64,000 nucleotides of DNA from an uncultured Methanosarcinales archaeon (GCA_964624275.1 CAZUXP010000001.1:1799-65798); one strand, 5' to 3'; positions 26,949-38,067 are shown, counted from the first letter of the stretch. Numbers and translations: made by a program. Notes: generated from the letters alone by a model not told the origin.

Positions 26949-29180
26949 ATGCAACTTGCAAAATCATTTCAACCCCGTATTTATCAAGAAACAATCACCG
27001 CACAGTGTGTAAATCAACATTCATTAGTTGTATTGCCAACAGGGCTTGGAAAAACTGCGATTTCACTCTTGGTTGCGTTATATAAACTCAGAAAATGTCC
27101 TGATAAAAAAATCCTCATTTTAGCGCCTACAAAACCTCTTGTGCATCAACATTTAAAATCTTTTATGGAACTTATTGAAAAACCAAATGACGTGGATTTT
27201 GCAGTATTTACGGGAGCAATAAAACCAGAAAAACGAAAAGAATTATTTGAAACAGCAAAAATTATTTTTAGCACACCGCAAGGATTAGAAAATGATATTC
27301 TTTCTTCAAGAATCTCATTAAAAGAGCTGTCATTAATTATTTTTGATGAAGCACATCGAGCCACAGGAGAATATAGTTATGTGTGGATTGCAAAACAATT
27401 TTTAAAACAATCACCGCAAGGAACAATCTTAGGATTAACCGCATCTCCTGGAACTGATAGAGAAACAATTCAAGAAATTAAAGATAATTTATATATTGAA
27501 CATATCGAATACCGTGAACAAACAGATTCTGACGTAAAACCATATATTAAAAAAACTCAAGTTATATTTGATGAACTTGATTTACCGTCAAGTATTTTAG
27601 AATTGCAAACAACCTTATTTAAGTGTTATGAATCGCGAGCAAAACAACTTCAGCAATACGGATATTTTCAATCAAAACCAATTAAATCGATTCAAAAAAA
27701 AGAATTATTGATGTTAACAGGAAGTTTACAAAAAAAGATTGCGCAGCAAGATTTTTCGCCTGAAGTTTTACAAGGGATATCACTCTCTGCACAAATACTT
27801 AAATTATCATATGCGCTTGAACTCTGTGAAACTCAAGGTGTTCCAAGCTTGTATCAATACATGCATAGTTTGGTAAAAGATGCTCAAGCTAAAAAATCAA
27901 AAGGTGTTGTTGCATTAAATCAGGATCCAACATTTCGATTTGCCTATATTAAAACAAAAGAGTTGTACGAGCAAGGAGTTACACACCCAAAATTGTCAAA
28001 ACTTCAAGATATTGTTTTAGAAACATTACAAAAAAAACCGGATGCAAAAATAATAATATTTAGTCAATATCGTGAAACGCTTTCTATGATCATTGAAACA
28101 CTTCAAATTCATAAACAAATTCGTGCATCATTATTTTTTGGCCAAGCAAAAAAAAAAGGTGTTGGAATGTCGCAAAAAGAACAACTACAAACAATTCAGG
28201 ATTTTAAAGATAGCATTCATAATGTATTATGTATGTCAAGTGTTGGCGAAGAAGGGCTTGATATTCCAAGTGTTGATATAGTTTTATTTTATGAACCAAT
28301 ACCAAGTGCAATTCGAACTATTCAAAGAAGAGGTCGAACAGGAAGACAAGACGAAGGGCTTGTTCGAGTATTATGTGCAAGAAATACTCGAGATATTGCG
28401 ATACGGTGGATTGCACAAAAAAAAGAAAAAAATATGTATTCAGTGTTAGAAGAGTTTACAAAACCAAAAAAAACAACATTATCACATTTTACAACTGCAA
28501 AAAAAGAAGTTGCACCTCTTTTAACTCTTTACGCAGATTCGCGAGAAAAAAAAAGCGGGGTGTTACGCAAACTTCATGATTTAGATATTCATATTCAAAG
28601 TCAAAAACTTCAAATAGGTGATTTTCAGCTATCAAAAGATGTTGTTGTTGAATTTAAACATGTCAAAGATTTTGTCGATTCTTTACTTGATAAACGATTA
28701 TTTCATCAAATTCAAGCATTAAAGCAAACAGTAAAAAAACCACTCATTATAATTCAAGGTGAAAAAAGTATTTACGGAGTTCGAAATATACATCCTAACG
28801 CAATAAACGGAATGCTTGCAACAATTACTGTATCATATCAAATACCAGTTTTATTTACTCGAAGCGATTCAGAAACTGCAAATTTACTTTACACAATTTT
28901 AAAACGTGAACAAGATCAATCTCAAAAACCATTTATCGCGCAAACAATACATAAACAACAAACAAAGAAAGCTCAATTAGAGCAAATTGTGTCTCAAATT
29001 CCAAACATTGGACCACTTGTCGCTCAAAAACTTCTCAATCATTTTGAATCATTACAAAATTTAAGTAATGCGTCTATTGAAGAAATATTGTCTATTCCAG
29101 GAATTGGAGAACAGCGCGCAACAGATATTTATACATTCTTTCGGATACGATATTTAGATCCAAATAATTTTTTGGAATAA
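26949..29180 (+). CDS. hef: Hef helicase-nuclease (archaeal FANCM/XPF homologue: SF2 helicase plus ERCC4 nuclease plus (HhH)2)
   Basis: Walker A VLPTGLGKT, DEAH box FDEAHRATG, helicase motif VI QRRGRTGRQ. C-terminal ERCC4-like region with GDFQLSKD...VEFK and HhH (IPGIGEQRATDIY). Confidence 0.8.
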   Translation: MQLAKSFQPRIYQETITAQCVNQHSLVVLPTGLGKTAISLLVALYKLRKCPDKKILILAPTKPLVHQHLKSFMELIEKPNDVDFAVFTGAIKPEKRKELFETAKIIFSTPQGLENDILSSRISLKELSLIIFDEAHRATGEYSYVWIAKQFLKQSPQGTILGLTASPGTDRETIQEIKDNLYIEHIEYREQTDSDVKPYIKKTQVIFDELDLPSSILELQTTLFKCYESRAKQLQQYGYFQSKPIKSIQKKELLMLTGSLQKKIAQQDFSPEVLQGISLSAQILKLSYALELCETQGVPSLYQYMHSLVKDAQAKKSKGVVALNQDPTFRFAYIKTKELYEQGVTHPKLSKLQDIVLETLQKKPDAKIIIFSQYRETLSMIIETLQIHKQIRASLFFGQAKKKGVGMSQKEQLQTIQDFKDSIHNVLCMSSVGEEGLDIPSVDIVLFYEPIPSAIRTIQRRGRTGRQDEGLVRVLCARNTRDIAIRWIAQKKEKNMYSVLEEFTKPKKTTLSHFTTAKKEVAPLLTLYADSREKKSGVLRKLHDLDIHIQSQKLQIGDFQLSKDVVVEFKHVKDFVDSLLDKRLFHQIQALKQTVKKPLIIIQGEKSIYGVRNIHPNAINGMLATITVSYQIPVLFTRSDSETANLLYTILKREQDQSQKPFIAQTIHKQQTKKAQLEQIVSQIPNIGPLVAQKLLNHFESLQNLSNASIEEILSIPGIGEQRATDIYTFFRIRYLDPNNFLE

Positions 29181-29348
29181 TAAAATGCAAATGTTTGAAA
29201 TTTTATGAATAATTAAAATACAACAAGAGTTAAATTATTATACTGAGCCTACGAAATCAATTTTTGTTGATATGTTATATCAAATGTATTATATTTTCGA
29301 ATTATTGTTGAGAAATGATAGTAGAAATAAGAATATTTATAAACAATT

Positions 29349-29825
29349 ATGTGGAATATTGTAGTATTATTACAAATACTTGAAAATATGACTCAAATAA
29401 ATACAAAAAAAAGTCAAATAACATTATTTTTGATTGTATTAGTTGCAATCTTTTTTGGAACAATTTTCGTTTTATACATATTTCAGTCTCACGCAGAAAA
29501 ATCGTTTGAAGACGAGCAAGTAAAACTAACAACACAAAGTTTATCAGATAATTCAGTTCAACTATTTTTATCAAGTTGTGTAGAAAAATCGGTGACACAA
29601 GCAATTCTCACGACGGGAGTTGCGAATTTAACTAAACTTAAACCTGATATCATAAACGAATTTTATGCTTGTTCAAGTCAAATTTTTCAAGAAAATCAGT
29701 TATATTTTTCTCAAAAAGATGAAATTAATTTTACGTTAACAAAAAAAAAACCGATATTCATTTTACGGTTGATAATATACATATTTCCGATTCACTATCT
29801 GGTGAATTTTATATCCAACGAATAA
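29349..29825 (+). CDS. N-terminal signal-anchor segment of a large secreted protein, separated from its continuation by an apparent frameshift at an A10 run
   Basis: TM helix ITLFLIVLVAIFFGTIFVLYIF. Frame ends at 29825, but the alternative frame is open from 29729 through 32350. Run of 10 A at 29741-29750. Confidence 0.45.
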   Translation: MWNIVVLLQILENMTQINTKKSQITLFLIVLVAIFFGTIFVLYIFQSHAEKSFEDEQVKLTTQSLSDNSVQLFLSSCVEKSVTQAILTTGVANLTKLKPDIINEFYACSSQIFQENQLYFSQKDEINFTLTKKKPIFILRLIIYIFPIHYLVNFISNE

Positions 29826-30364
29826 AAACATCATTTCCAACCTCAGAAATATATGATATACAATTAGAAGAACAACGAACATATAATACACCTGATAACA
29901 TTTTAAATATTATTATACCTGAAAATCTCACTGCGATAGATACGCGAAATAATTCGTTTCAGCCAATTGAACAAATTAAATTTCAAATAAAAAATAGTGA
30001 TTTTTTTAACCCGTTTCAAACGCATGCGCTTTTTAATATCGCATATGAGTTTTCACCAAAAGGTGCTCTTTTTGATCCACCACTCCAATTTCAATTTTCG
30101 CCAAAAAGCAATGCTATATTTGAAAATGTACCTCTGCAAGATATTTCAATTTCGTATTATGCAAATATAAATGGACTTCAAAAATGGGTTCCATATGATA
30201 CCATAATTGACGAAGAAAATCAAACTGTAACTGTTTTTATTGATCATTTTTCAACAATTGCAATAACATCAGAACAAAAACCTCATCAGTCAATAGATTA
30301 TACATATTACATAGATGGAAATGGTACGTTAAATGACCTTTCAAAAAATCATTATAATGATTGG

Positions 30365-32350
30365 ATGTATCTTGAACGTTCTATCCAAATACCTGAAAAT
30401 GTCACTGTACTTTCTGCAAATATTACGTATTCAGTTGATAATCATTTACGATTAGGGGTGAACTCAAATTTTAGTTTAAATTCAATGCATTTAACAAGCA
30501 ATAAAAAAGTATGCGGGGAGGGTTTGAGTCAATTTCATTTTGAAAATTCACAACTAAATTGTTCGCAAACACTTTCCCATTATTTTCTTCCAGATTCTGG
30601 TTTTTTAAGTGAAAACACAATCGATATTAGTGAACTACTTAGAGAAAACGCAAATATATTTGAATTTTATATACTTAATCCGGATGCACCTACACCTGGA
30701 GCATTTGCATATTGTATTCAAATTAAAACAAATGTATCTGAAGAATCAATTTGTTCAAATTCCCAAAACGATCGTGCCATTATAAATGGTGAAATAACAC
30801 AACCTACATTAATTGATGATTTTATAGGAACAGATCTTGCACCTGATTATGCAGTGATTAATGGTTCACAATATATCTGGAAACATTCTTTGCCTTATTG
30901 GCAACATGAATTACCTCAATCTGATAAAGGATATTATATTGCAAATAGTAATTCCGGATATTTGAATAGCGCATCGCTTAATTGTACTGTTGAATCTGTG
31001 AAACATCTTTGGGTACCAAGTGATAATATAACTGACGGCGAGTTTAAAGAACTAAATGATACCTCTATTTTCAAATTGGATTTAAACAGTGATGGTATTT
31101 GCGAAGCATTTGATATTATTGGTGATAGAAGGATTGATGCGTATGTTATTGGACAAACAAATCATACAATTAATGCATGGGATGTTATTTTATCAAATGG
31201 ACGACTTGACGCGTTTGATACGACTAAAGATGGATATCCGGATAATTTTGATTTTAATGATGATGGTCTAATGGATGCGTGGAGTGTATTAGATGGAAAA
31301 GATAAACATCCGCAAAAATGCATTAATGAATCTGAATCATTAGATGTTTGTGAATCTGAAAATGTACAATATGTGCCAGGTCAACCAAATATGTGGGACA
31401 CAGACAATGATACATCACCAGATGCATTTGATACAACAGGTGATGGAAAAATAAATTGTTATTCAACAAGACCTGACGGTGTTTGCAACATCTTTGATTT
31501 TAATTCAGATGGCATTATGGATGCTTGGAGTACGCGCGAAGATGGTCAAATTGATCAATGGGACACTACTGGTGATGGAAGAGCAGATAGATTTGATACT
31601 ACTGGTGATGGACTCCCAGATCATCCTCCTATAGTTGAACCCAGTAATGATGTAAATACACCTAGTACATATCAAACAGTTCGTAAATTTTTATGGAAAC
31701 CGATATCAGAAAATGATCAAAAGCTTGTTATTTTACATTCTCCGGGTGATCAGCCAGCAGTGATATATGATAAAGATGGAAATATTTTAGAAGAAGGAAG
31801 AAATCGTGGTAGCAGTAATGGTTACGATGAAACTGTTAGATTCAATAATCCAGGAAGATCTTATACTGAAGCCGCATATGTGAAGATGGGAGATAATTAT
31901 GCGTGCGATGTTACAGGGAGTAAAGCGGGAAGAATTGAAACTTGTATCCCGTACGTTGTTGAAACAGAACAAATTGGAGATGACAGTGAACAATTTTTCA
32001 AAGAATTACAATGGACTCGTTCTGATACAACAGGCCCAAATGCAAAAGTTACAAAAGAACTTAGATCTGCATACGCACAAAGCAAGCATATTCGTTTTAC
32101 AGCAGAAAGTATTGGTGATTGGCGAGGTAGAGGTGATTTACACGGTACTGCAAATATAGCAGTTAAACGAAATGGGGTGTGGAAAGGCGGTAAATTTGAT
32201 CATGTACGTCGTTCAACAACATGGCGTGATTCAAAAAATATCTGTGGTTATCAACCTGTTTGCCCTCGTGTTGGTGAAATTGTTCGATTTTGGCTTTTGA
32301 GTTATGACGGTCAACAAGCAACAAATTATTTGGAATTTGTATGGCGGTAA
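30365..32350 (+). CDS. large secreted protein with thrombospondin-type-3/dockerin-like Ca-binding DxDxDG repeats (frame open upstream to 29729; first ATG at 30365)
   Basis: Repeats such as DTTKDGYPDNFDFNDDGLMDAW, DTDNDTSPDAFDTTGDGKI, FDFNSDGIMDAW, DTTGDGRADRFDTTGDGLPD; no internal stops from 29729. Confidence 0.55.
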   Translation: MYLERSIQIPENVTVLSANITYSVDNHLRLGVNSNFSLNSMHLTSNKKVCGEGLSQFHFENSQLNCSQTLSHYFLPDSGFLSENTIDISELLRENANIFEFYILNPDAPTPGAFAYCIQIKTNVSEESICSNSQNDRAIINGEITQPTLIDDFIGTDLAPDYAVINGSQYIWKHSLPYWQHELPQSDKGYYIANSNSGYLNSASLNCTVESVKHLWVPSDNITDGEFKELNDTSIFKLDLNSDGICEAFDIIGDRRIDAYVIGQTNHTINAWDVILSNGRLDAFDTTKDGYPDNFDFNDDGLMDAWSVLDGKDKHPQKCINESESLDVCESENVQYVPGQPNMWDTDNDTSPDAFDTTGDGKINCYSTRPDGVCNIFDFNSDGIMDAWSTREDGQIDQWDTTGDGRADRFDTTGDGLPDHPPIVEPSNDVNTPSTYQTVRKFLWKPISENDQKLVILHSPGDQPAVIYDKDGNILEEGRNRGSSNGYDETVRFNNPGRSYTEAAYVKMGDNYACDVTGSKAGRIETCIPYVVETEQIGDDSEQFFKELQWTRSDTTGPNAKVTKELRSAYAQSKHIRFTAESIGDWRGRGDLHGTANIAVKRNGVWKGGKFDHVRRSTTWRDSKNICGYQPVCPRVGEIVRFWLLSYDGQQATNYLEFVWR

Positions 32351-32418
32351 ACTTAAATCATAGTTTACATTTTGTATTCCAACACATTTATATATTTTAA
32401 GCGAATTTACTCCACCAT

Positions 32419-33810
32419 ATGAAAACAATACATCTATCTAATACTCGAACAAAAAAAAAAGAAAAATTTATTCCAGTTATTGAAAATAAAGTCGGTTTGT
32501 ATTGTTGTGGACCAACAGTGTATCATTATGCTCATATTGGAAACATGCGTACTTACATCTTTGAAGATTTGCTTGTGAAAATGTTTCGATACTTCAAATA
32601 TGACGTTAAACATGTCATGAATATTACTGATGTAGGTCATTTATCAAGTGATGCAGATGAAGGTGAAGATAAATTAGAAATCGGTGCAAAACGAGAAGGT
32701 AAATCTGTTTGGGAAGTTGCAAAACAATATACAGATGCATTTTTTATGCATGCAGATAAACTCAATATTCAAAAGCCGACTATTACGTGTAATGCAACAG
32801 AACACATCAAACAACAAATAGAGATGATTCGTGCACTTGAACAAAAAGGGCATACATACATATCTCAAGGAAATGTTTTTTTTGATGTATCTACATATCC
32901 ACAATATGCAAATTTTGCGAAACTTCAGTTGGACCAACAACAAAAACATCGAGTAGATACGCATCAAGGCAAAAAACAACCACAGGATTTTGCGTTATGG
33001 TTTACTCGCTCAAAATTTGAAAATCATGCGATGCAATGGGAATCTCCGTGGGGAAGTGGGTATCCTGGTTGGCATATTGAATGTAGTGCAATGGCATATT
33101 ATTACCTTAAAGATCAGTTAGACATTCATTGTGGGGGAGTTGATCATATCAATGTCCATCATACAAATGAAATTGCACAAAGTGAATGTGCAACTGGTAA
33201 GAAATTTTTTAACTATTGGATGCATGGAGAATTTTTAATAGATGAAACTGGAAAGATGTCTAAATCAAAAGGAGAATTTTTGACCGTAACGCTCTTAGAA
33301 GAAAAAGGGTACGACCCACTCGCATATAGATATTTATGTTTACAAACACATTATAAAAAACAATTGACATTTAGTTGGAAATCATTAGAGTCTGCACATC
33401 AAAGTCTACAAAAATTACGTCAAAAAGCGTATGATTTACAAAAAAATAAAACTAACATTTTAGAAATTGAATCTCAATTTAAAGATGAATTTGAAGATGC
33501 TATTGCCGATGATTTAAACATTCCAAAAGCATTAGGTATACTTCATACAATGTTTGATTCAAATTTAACTGAAGCTGAAAAATTCGCTCACATACAAATC
33601 TTTGATTCGGTGTTTGGATTAGGACTACTTGATTGGAAACCCAACGACGTTGAAGTACCAGAAGATATTCAAAAACTTGTTGATGAACGTCAAATTGCTC
33701 GAGAACAAAAAGACTGGAAGAAGAGTGACGAATTACGTAATGAAATTGAAAAGTTAGGTTTTATTGTTAAAGATACAAAAGACGGATCAGTTTTGGAAAA
33801 AACCTACTAA
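32419..33810 (+). CDS. cysS: cysteinyl-tRNA synthetase
   Basis: CGPTVYHYAHIGNMRTY (HIGH region with Zn-binding Cys), KMSKSKGEF, class I fold length 463 aa. Confidence 0.85.
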   Translation: MKTIHLSNTRTKKKEKFIPVIENKVGLYCCGPTVYHYAHIGNMRTYIFEDLLVKMFRYFKYDVKHVMNITDVGHLSSDADEGEDKLEIGAKREGKSVWEVAKQYTDAFFMHADKLNIQKPTITCNATEHIKQQIEMIRALEQKGHTYISQGNVFFDVSTYPQYANFAKLQLDQQQKHRVDTHQGKKQPQDFALWFTRSKFENHAMQWESPWGSGYPGWHIECSAMAYYYLKDQLDIHCGGVDHINVHHTNEIAQSECATGKKFFNYWMHGEFLIDETGKMSKSKGEFLTVTLLEEKGYDPLAYRYLCLQTHYKKQLTFSWKSLESAHQSLQKLRQKAYDLQKNKTNILEIESQFKDEFEDAIADDLNIPKALGILHTMFDSNLTEAEKFAHIQIFDSVFGLGLLDWKPNDVEVPEDIQKLVDERQIAREQKDWKKSDELRNEIEKLGFIVKDTKDGSVLEKTY

Positions 33811-33856
33811 TTTCGTAATAATTACATTTTTAAAGATTAACGGAGTGTATTACTGT

Positions 33857-34135
33857 ATGAAATCCGCAAAAAAACAACAAAAAGTACATAGTACACTTAT
33901 ATTATCTATATCGGCGTTCATATTAGGACTTTTGAGTCAATCTTTTGGAACTATTCTTGCAATTATTGGCTTTGTAATAACAACTGTTTTTGTTATTGTT
34001 GCGATTCGATCAGTTAGAGATTTGATTAAAACTGATAAACAGAATGTATTAAACTTGATTATTTTTATTTTATGTTTAATTACCATATATATGATTGCAC
34101 GATTTGTCTCATATACTTTATTTACCATTTTTTAA
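33857..34135 (+). CDS. small membrane protein, hypothetical
   Basis: Start chosen at MKSAKKQQK (the ORF track's 33764 start overlaps cysS); two TM helices. Confidence 0.35.
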   Translation: MKSAKKQQKVHSTLILSISAFILGLLSQSFGTILAIIGFVITTVFVIVAIRSVRDLIKTDKQNVLNLIIFILCLITIYMIARFVSYTLFTIF

Positions 34136-34164
34136 GAAAAATTCAAAATAAAAAGATCGCGTAA

Positions 34165-34476
34165 TCATACGCGAAGAAATGGGATACTTAACGGGTATTT
34201 CCATAATTCTCCATTTGCTGCTTTTACTGCCGCAACAATACAGAAAATAAGATTTAATATTCCGATTAATGGTAATAATGCAAAGCCAATAATGAGAAAC
34301 ATTAATAAAAATGCAACTCCGTAATAAATTGTCGCACTTATTTGCCAATTTAAAGCTGTTTTTGCATGTTGTTGTGCCGTTGTATCCTTAATTGCTAATA
34401 GAACGATAAGCGGTCCTATTACCCACGTTAAAAGCCCTAATATATGGACGAGCAAATTAATTGTTTTATCTGCCAT
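34165..34476 (-). CDS. small membrane protein, hypothetical
   Basis: 103 aa with 3 predicted TM helices. Confidence 0.4.
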   Translation of the reverse strand: MADKTINLLVHILGLLTWVIGPLIVLLAIKDTTAQQHAKTALNWQISATIYYGVAFLLMFLIIGFALLPLIGILNLIFCIVAAVKAANGELWKYPLSIPFLRV

Positions 34477-34697
34477 ATGTAGATTTTAGATTAGTTTATT
34501 TATAAATTTATGCTTTGAAATACAGTGTCGGATAAATATAAAAGTCACATTACTTTGACGCTTAATCATATGAGAAGATGATTTATGAGAAATTCAATTA
34601 TTTTTTGTGCATGAAAAATCCTGTTTTTCTTTGCATACAATCCTCTCGTCGTGAAGTAAACAACTGTTTTAAAATCGCTGTAATGTAACTTTACAGA

Positions 34698-35237
34698 ATG
34701 GTGAATTATCTGACACAGCCTTTCAAAAACCCAACCTTTATATATGCAGAAAACAACTATATATACATGCCAACTTGCGAATTAACAGGAAAAGAATGTC
34801 CATACCTTGTTGAAGTTATTATAGAAGGTGTACAAATGAAAGTTGCACCTGAACAAGCAAAATATGGTAAACCTATTGAAAAAGAAATAAATAATTCGAT
34901 AAAAACACGAAAACCATTTTATCCACAGCAATCCCAAAAAACACAAATATATGAATTTATTCTTCCAAATGCAGGAACAGTCGTAAAACAAGCAAGAGAA
35001 AAATTAGGTTTACGTCAAATTGATCTTGCAAAAAAACTTCTGATTAAAGAATCAACAATACATCAAGTAGAGTCAGGTCACCTCAAACCAACTGTTGATG
35101 AAGCAAAAAAACTTGAAGAAGGTCTTGGTATTATCATTACTGCAAAAAAAACTCTCAAAAATGATGTTGAACTAGAACACACAAAAACTTCTAGTTTTAC
35201 AATAGGTGATATGATTAAAGATAAACGAACTAAATAA
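34698..35237 (+). CDS. HTH XRE-family protein, MBF1-like
   Basis: C-terminal VVKQAREKLGLRQIDLAKKLLIKESTIHQVESG matches the XRE/MBF1 HTH; N-terminal region has only a partial Zn-ribbon (CELTGKEC). Confidence 0.45.
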   Translation: MVNYLTQPFKNPTFIYAENNYIYMPTCELTGKECPYLVEVIIEGVQMKVAPEQAKYGKPIEKEINNSIKTRKPFYPQQSQKTQIYEFILPNAGTVVKQAREKLGLRQIDLAKKLLIKESTIHQVESGHLKPTVDEAKKLEEGLGIIITAKKTLKNDVELEHTKTSSFTIGDMIKDKRTK

Positions 35238-36288
35238 CTTGAGTTAATACAAGTTGTTTTTCTTTTATTAGTTGCAAATTGTCCAATTTTACCCCTATGA
35301 GTCTTATTCCACGATTCCATTGAATTTGCATTAGTAAATCAAAAATAATAGCTTGAAAAGTGTATTTATCATTTTGCGATAGTTTTAATGTATGAGAACG
35401 AGTAATAGTTTGAAAATTCGTATAACGTATTTTTAGTGTTACAGTTTTATATGAATTTTTTTGCAAATCATTATATGTCTTTTGAATGAGTTTTTGTAAA
35501 ATTTCAAGCAATTGATTTTTGGAATAACAATCAACATCAAATGTATGTTCTCTTGAATGAGATTTTTCAGGTTCTTTTTGCGGGATTGTACTTTTATCAA
35601 GTCCATTTGCGAGTTGCCAAATTTTAAAACCACTTTTGCCAAAATAATCAAGTATAAAAAAAGTATCTTTTTTTGCTAAATCGCCAATAGTTCGAATTCC
35701 TTTTTGCGTATAATTTTTGTAAGTCTTTTTGCCAATACCAGGTACTTTTTTAATTGAGAGTGGAGCTAAAAATTCTTTATTGTTATAGACTACAGTAACA
35801 CCATGGGGTTTTTGGTAATCAGATGCAATTTTTGAAACTTTTCGAGAAGATGATATGCCAACTGAACAAGTAAACCCCGTTTGTTCATATACTGTTTTTC
35901 GAATTAACTTTCCAATTTTCATCCAAGATGTTTTATCTGTGCATAAATGAGTAATATCCAAATATGCTTCATCAATTGAGACTTGATACATATGATGAGT
36001 GAATGTTTGTAAAACATTCATAACTTTTTTTGATTCTATACGATATAACGAATGAGAACTTTGAATAAAAATACCTTGTGGGCATAATTTAATTGCCTTT
36101 TTAAGAGGCATTGCTGAGTGAATACCAAATTGTCTTGCTTCATAACTAGCAGTACAAACAACACCTCGCAAAGATTCTTTTGTTCCACCAACAATGAGTG
36201 GTTTATTTTTTAGTTTTGGATTTTGTAAACATTCGCATGCGGCAAAAAAACAATCCATATCAACGTGTGCGATTATCTGTTTTTTCAT
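35230..36288 (-). CDS. dinB: Y-family DNA polymerase IV (DinB/Dbh)
   Basis: N-terminal HVDMDCFFAACE (catalytic Asp), ...NKPLIVGG..., little-finger domain; 352 aa. Confidence 0.8.
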   Translation of the reverse strand: MKKQIIAHVDMDCFFAACECLQNPKLKNKPLIVGGTKESLRGVVCTASYEARQFGIHSAMPLKKAIKLCPQGIFIQSSHSLYRIESKKVMNVLQTFTHHMYQVSIDEAYLDITHLCTDKTSWMKIGKLIRKTVYEQTGFTCSVGISSSRKVSKIASDYQKPHGVTVVYNNKEFLAPLSIKKVPGIGKKTYKNYTQKGIRTIGDLAKKDTFFILDYFGKSGFKIWQLANGLDKSTIPQKEPEKSHSREHTFDVDCYSKNQLLEILQKLIQKTYNDLQKNSYKTVTLKIRYTNFQTITRSHTLKLSQNDKYTFQAIIFDLLMQIQWNRGIRLIGVKLDNLQLIKEKQLVLTQVI

Positions 36289-37326
36289 AATGAGAAATTA
36301 TCAAAGTCATTTATAAATTCTTTAGGGGTATTTGTCCAGTGGTCGGACATTTTAACTGAAAATTTATATAGAGATGAAAAAATTATATTTGTAATGATAA
36401 TTGTAATTATAGTCGTGTTGGCATTATTTTTGAGTTTATTTTTATTAGTAAAATCTGCGGATTTATTTGTTGAAAAAAGTATTCAATTAGGAACATTTTT
36501 GAAACTGTCTCCATTTATGATTGGTTTTGTATTTGTTGCACTTGGAACCTCATTCCCTGAACTTGCAACATCGTTGAGTGCAGCATTTTCAGGCACAACT
36601 GAATTTGTTGTTGGTAATGTTATCGGATCAAATATTGCAAATATTGGTTTAGTATTAGCTCTGTCAATTATTTTTATTGAAAAATTACCTCTAACAAAAA
36701 ATGAGTTTTTTGAATATTCTTCATCTACAATATTTACGCTCATCATTTTAGGATTTATGTTTTTTGATAAAACAATTTCAGTAGTAGATGGCATTTTATT
36801 AGTCTGTATATTACCAGTTGTACTATATACTATGTGTAAAAAACATCCTGTACCAAAAATAACTCAAACAAGATTTACTCTTACGCAAAGTTTTATCTTA
36901 ATATTAAGTTCAATTGGAATTTATGTATTTGCTGAAAGCACAGTTAGATTATCCGTATTTTTAGTAGAACGTGTACCGTTTATTTCTGATACTTCTATAA
37001 TTGGATTGACAGTAGTTGCAATTGGAACATCGCTTCCTGAACTGTCAGTGTCAATATCAGCACTTCGAAAAAAAGAGTTCAAAGTGTTAATTGGTAATAT
37101 TTTAGGATCAAATATGTTAAATGTCTTTTTTGTAATGGGTTTGTCGGCTTTGATTACTCCATTAGTTGTTACAAATAGCGTGTTATTCATCGGATTTCCG
37201 ATATTATTTATAATAAGCATACTGCTGCTGTTTTTTATGTATAAAGGTAAACATTTGAGGCGATGGGAAGGTTTTGTTTTAGGTGGATTGTACATTACAT
37301 ATGTACTACTTTTATTTTTGAATTGA
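36265..37326 (+). CDS. Ca2+/Na+ antiporter (CaCA/YrbG family)
   Basis: Two alpha-repeat signatures GTSFPELATSLSA and GTSLPELSVSISA in a roughly 10-TM protein. Confidence 0.75.
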   Translation: MCDYLFFHNEKLSKSFINSLGVFVQWSDILTENLYRDEKIIFVMIIVIIVVLALFLSLFLLVKSADLFVEKSIQLGTFLKLSPFMIGFVFVALGTSFPELATSLSAAFSGTTEFVVGNVIGSNIANIGLVLALSIIFIEKLPLTKNEFFEYSSSTIFTLIILGFMFFDKTISVVDGILLVCILPVVLYTMCKKHPVPKITQTRFTLTQSFILILSSIGIYVFAESTVRLSVFLVERVPFISDTSIIGLTVVAIGTSLPELSVSISALRKKEFKVLIGNILGSNMLNVFFVMGLSALITPLVVTNSVLFIGFPILFIISILLLFFMYKGKHLRRWEGFVLGGLYITYVLLLFLN

Positions 37327-37611
37327 CTAAAATCAACACTTTGATATACTGCTCGTCTATTTGATGGATGGATGGGTGAAGCGAATGCATATTCAAAAGG
37401 AAAGAAAGTTTAGAGTCGAGCACTTTGTGCGAGCATGCCACCATATCTTTGAATGATGGTGCCCTGAACTTTTGACAAGTTTTATAAATAAAACTCGTTT
37501 TCACTATTGTATTCAAGAGATATGTTGGTTTTTCAAACGAATGTATACTGGCGAAAAAGAACAAAATTCTTTACGCTTTAACTTGAAAATATAGATAAAG
37601 GTATAATAAAA

Positions 37612-38067
37612 ATGGCACGAATGTACGGAAAATCAAAAGGAAAGAGCGGAAGTTCAAAACCTTTTGTAAAAGAAAATCCGAAATGGGTTTCCTATAAACC
37701 AACAGAAATAGAAGCGTTAGTTGCAAAATATGCAAAAGAAAAATTGACTGCAGCACAAATAGGAATTAAATTACGAGATATGTATGGTATTCCATCAGTA
37801 AAGGCTGCAACTCAAAAAACAATTACGCAGATCTTAGATGAGAAAAAATTAAGTAAGAATTTACCTCAAGATTTACTTGATGCAATTCAAAAATGGATTG
37901 ATGTATCAAAACATTACGAAAGTAATAAGCAAGATAAAACTGCGCTTCGTGGAATCCAGCTAGCACAATCACAAATTATGCGATTTGCAAAATATTACAA
38001 AAAAACAGGTCGAATTCAAAAAGATTGGAAGTTCATTCCAGCAAGAGCAGGTATGTATATCGAATAA
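37612..38067 (+). CDS. rps15: 30S ribosomal protein S15 (S13e)
   Basis: MARMYGKSKGKSGSSKP... N-terminus and conserved C-terminal region of S15P/S13e. Confidence 0.75.
   Translation: MARMYGKSKGKSGSSKPFVKENPKWVSYKPTEIEALVAKYAKEKLTAAQIGIKLRDMYGIPSVKAATQKTITQILDEKKLSKNLPQDLLDAIQKWIDVSKHYESNKQDKTALRGIQLAQSQIMRFAKYYKKTGRIQKDWKFIPARAGMYIE

Noticed and set aside
35078-35651. ORFs 35078..35320 and 35439..35651 on the minus strand
   Set aside because: They overlap the 3' end of the MBF1-like gene and the interior of dinB in alternative frames; no supporting motifs.
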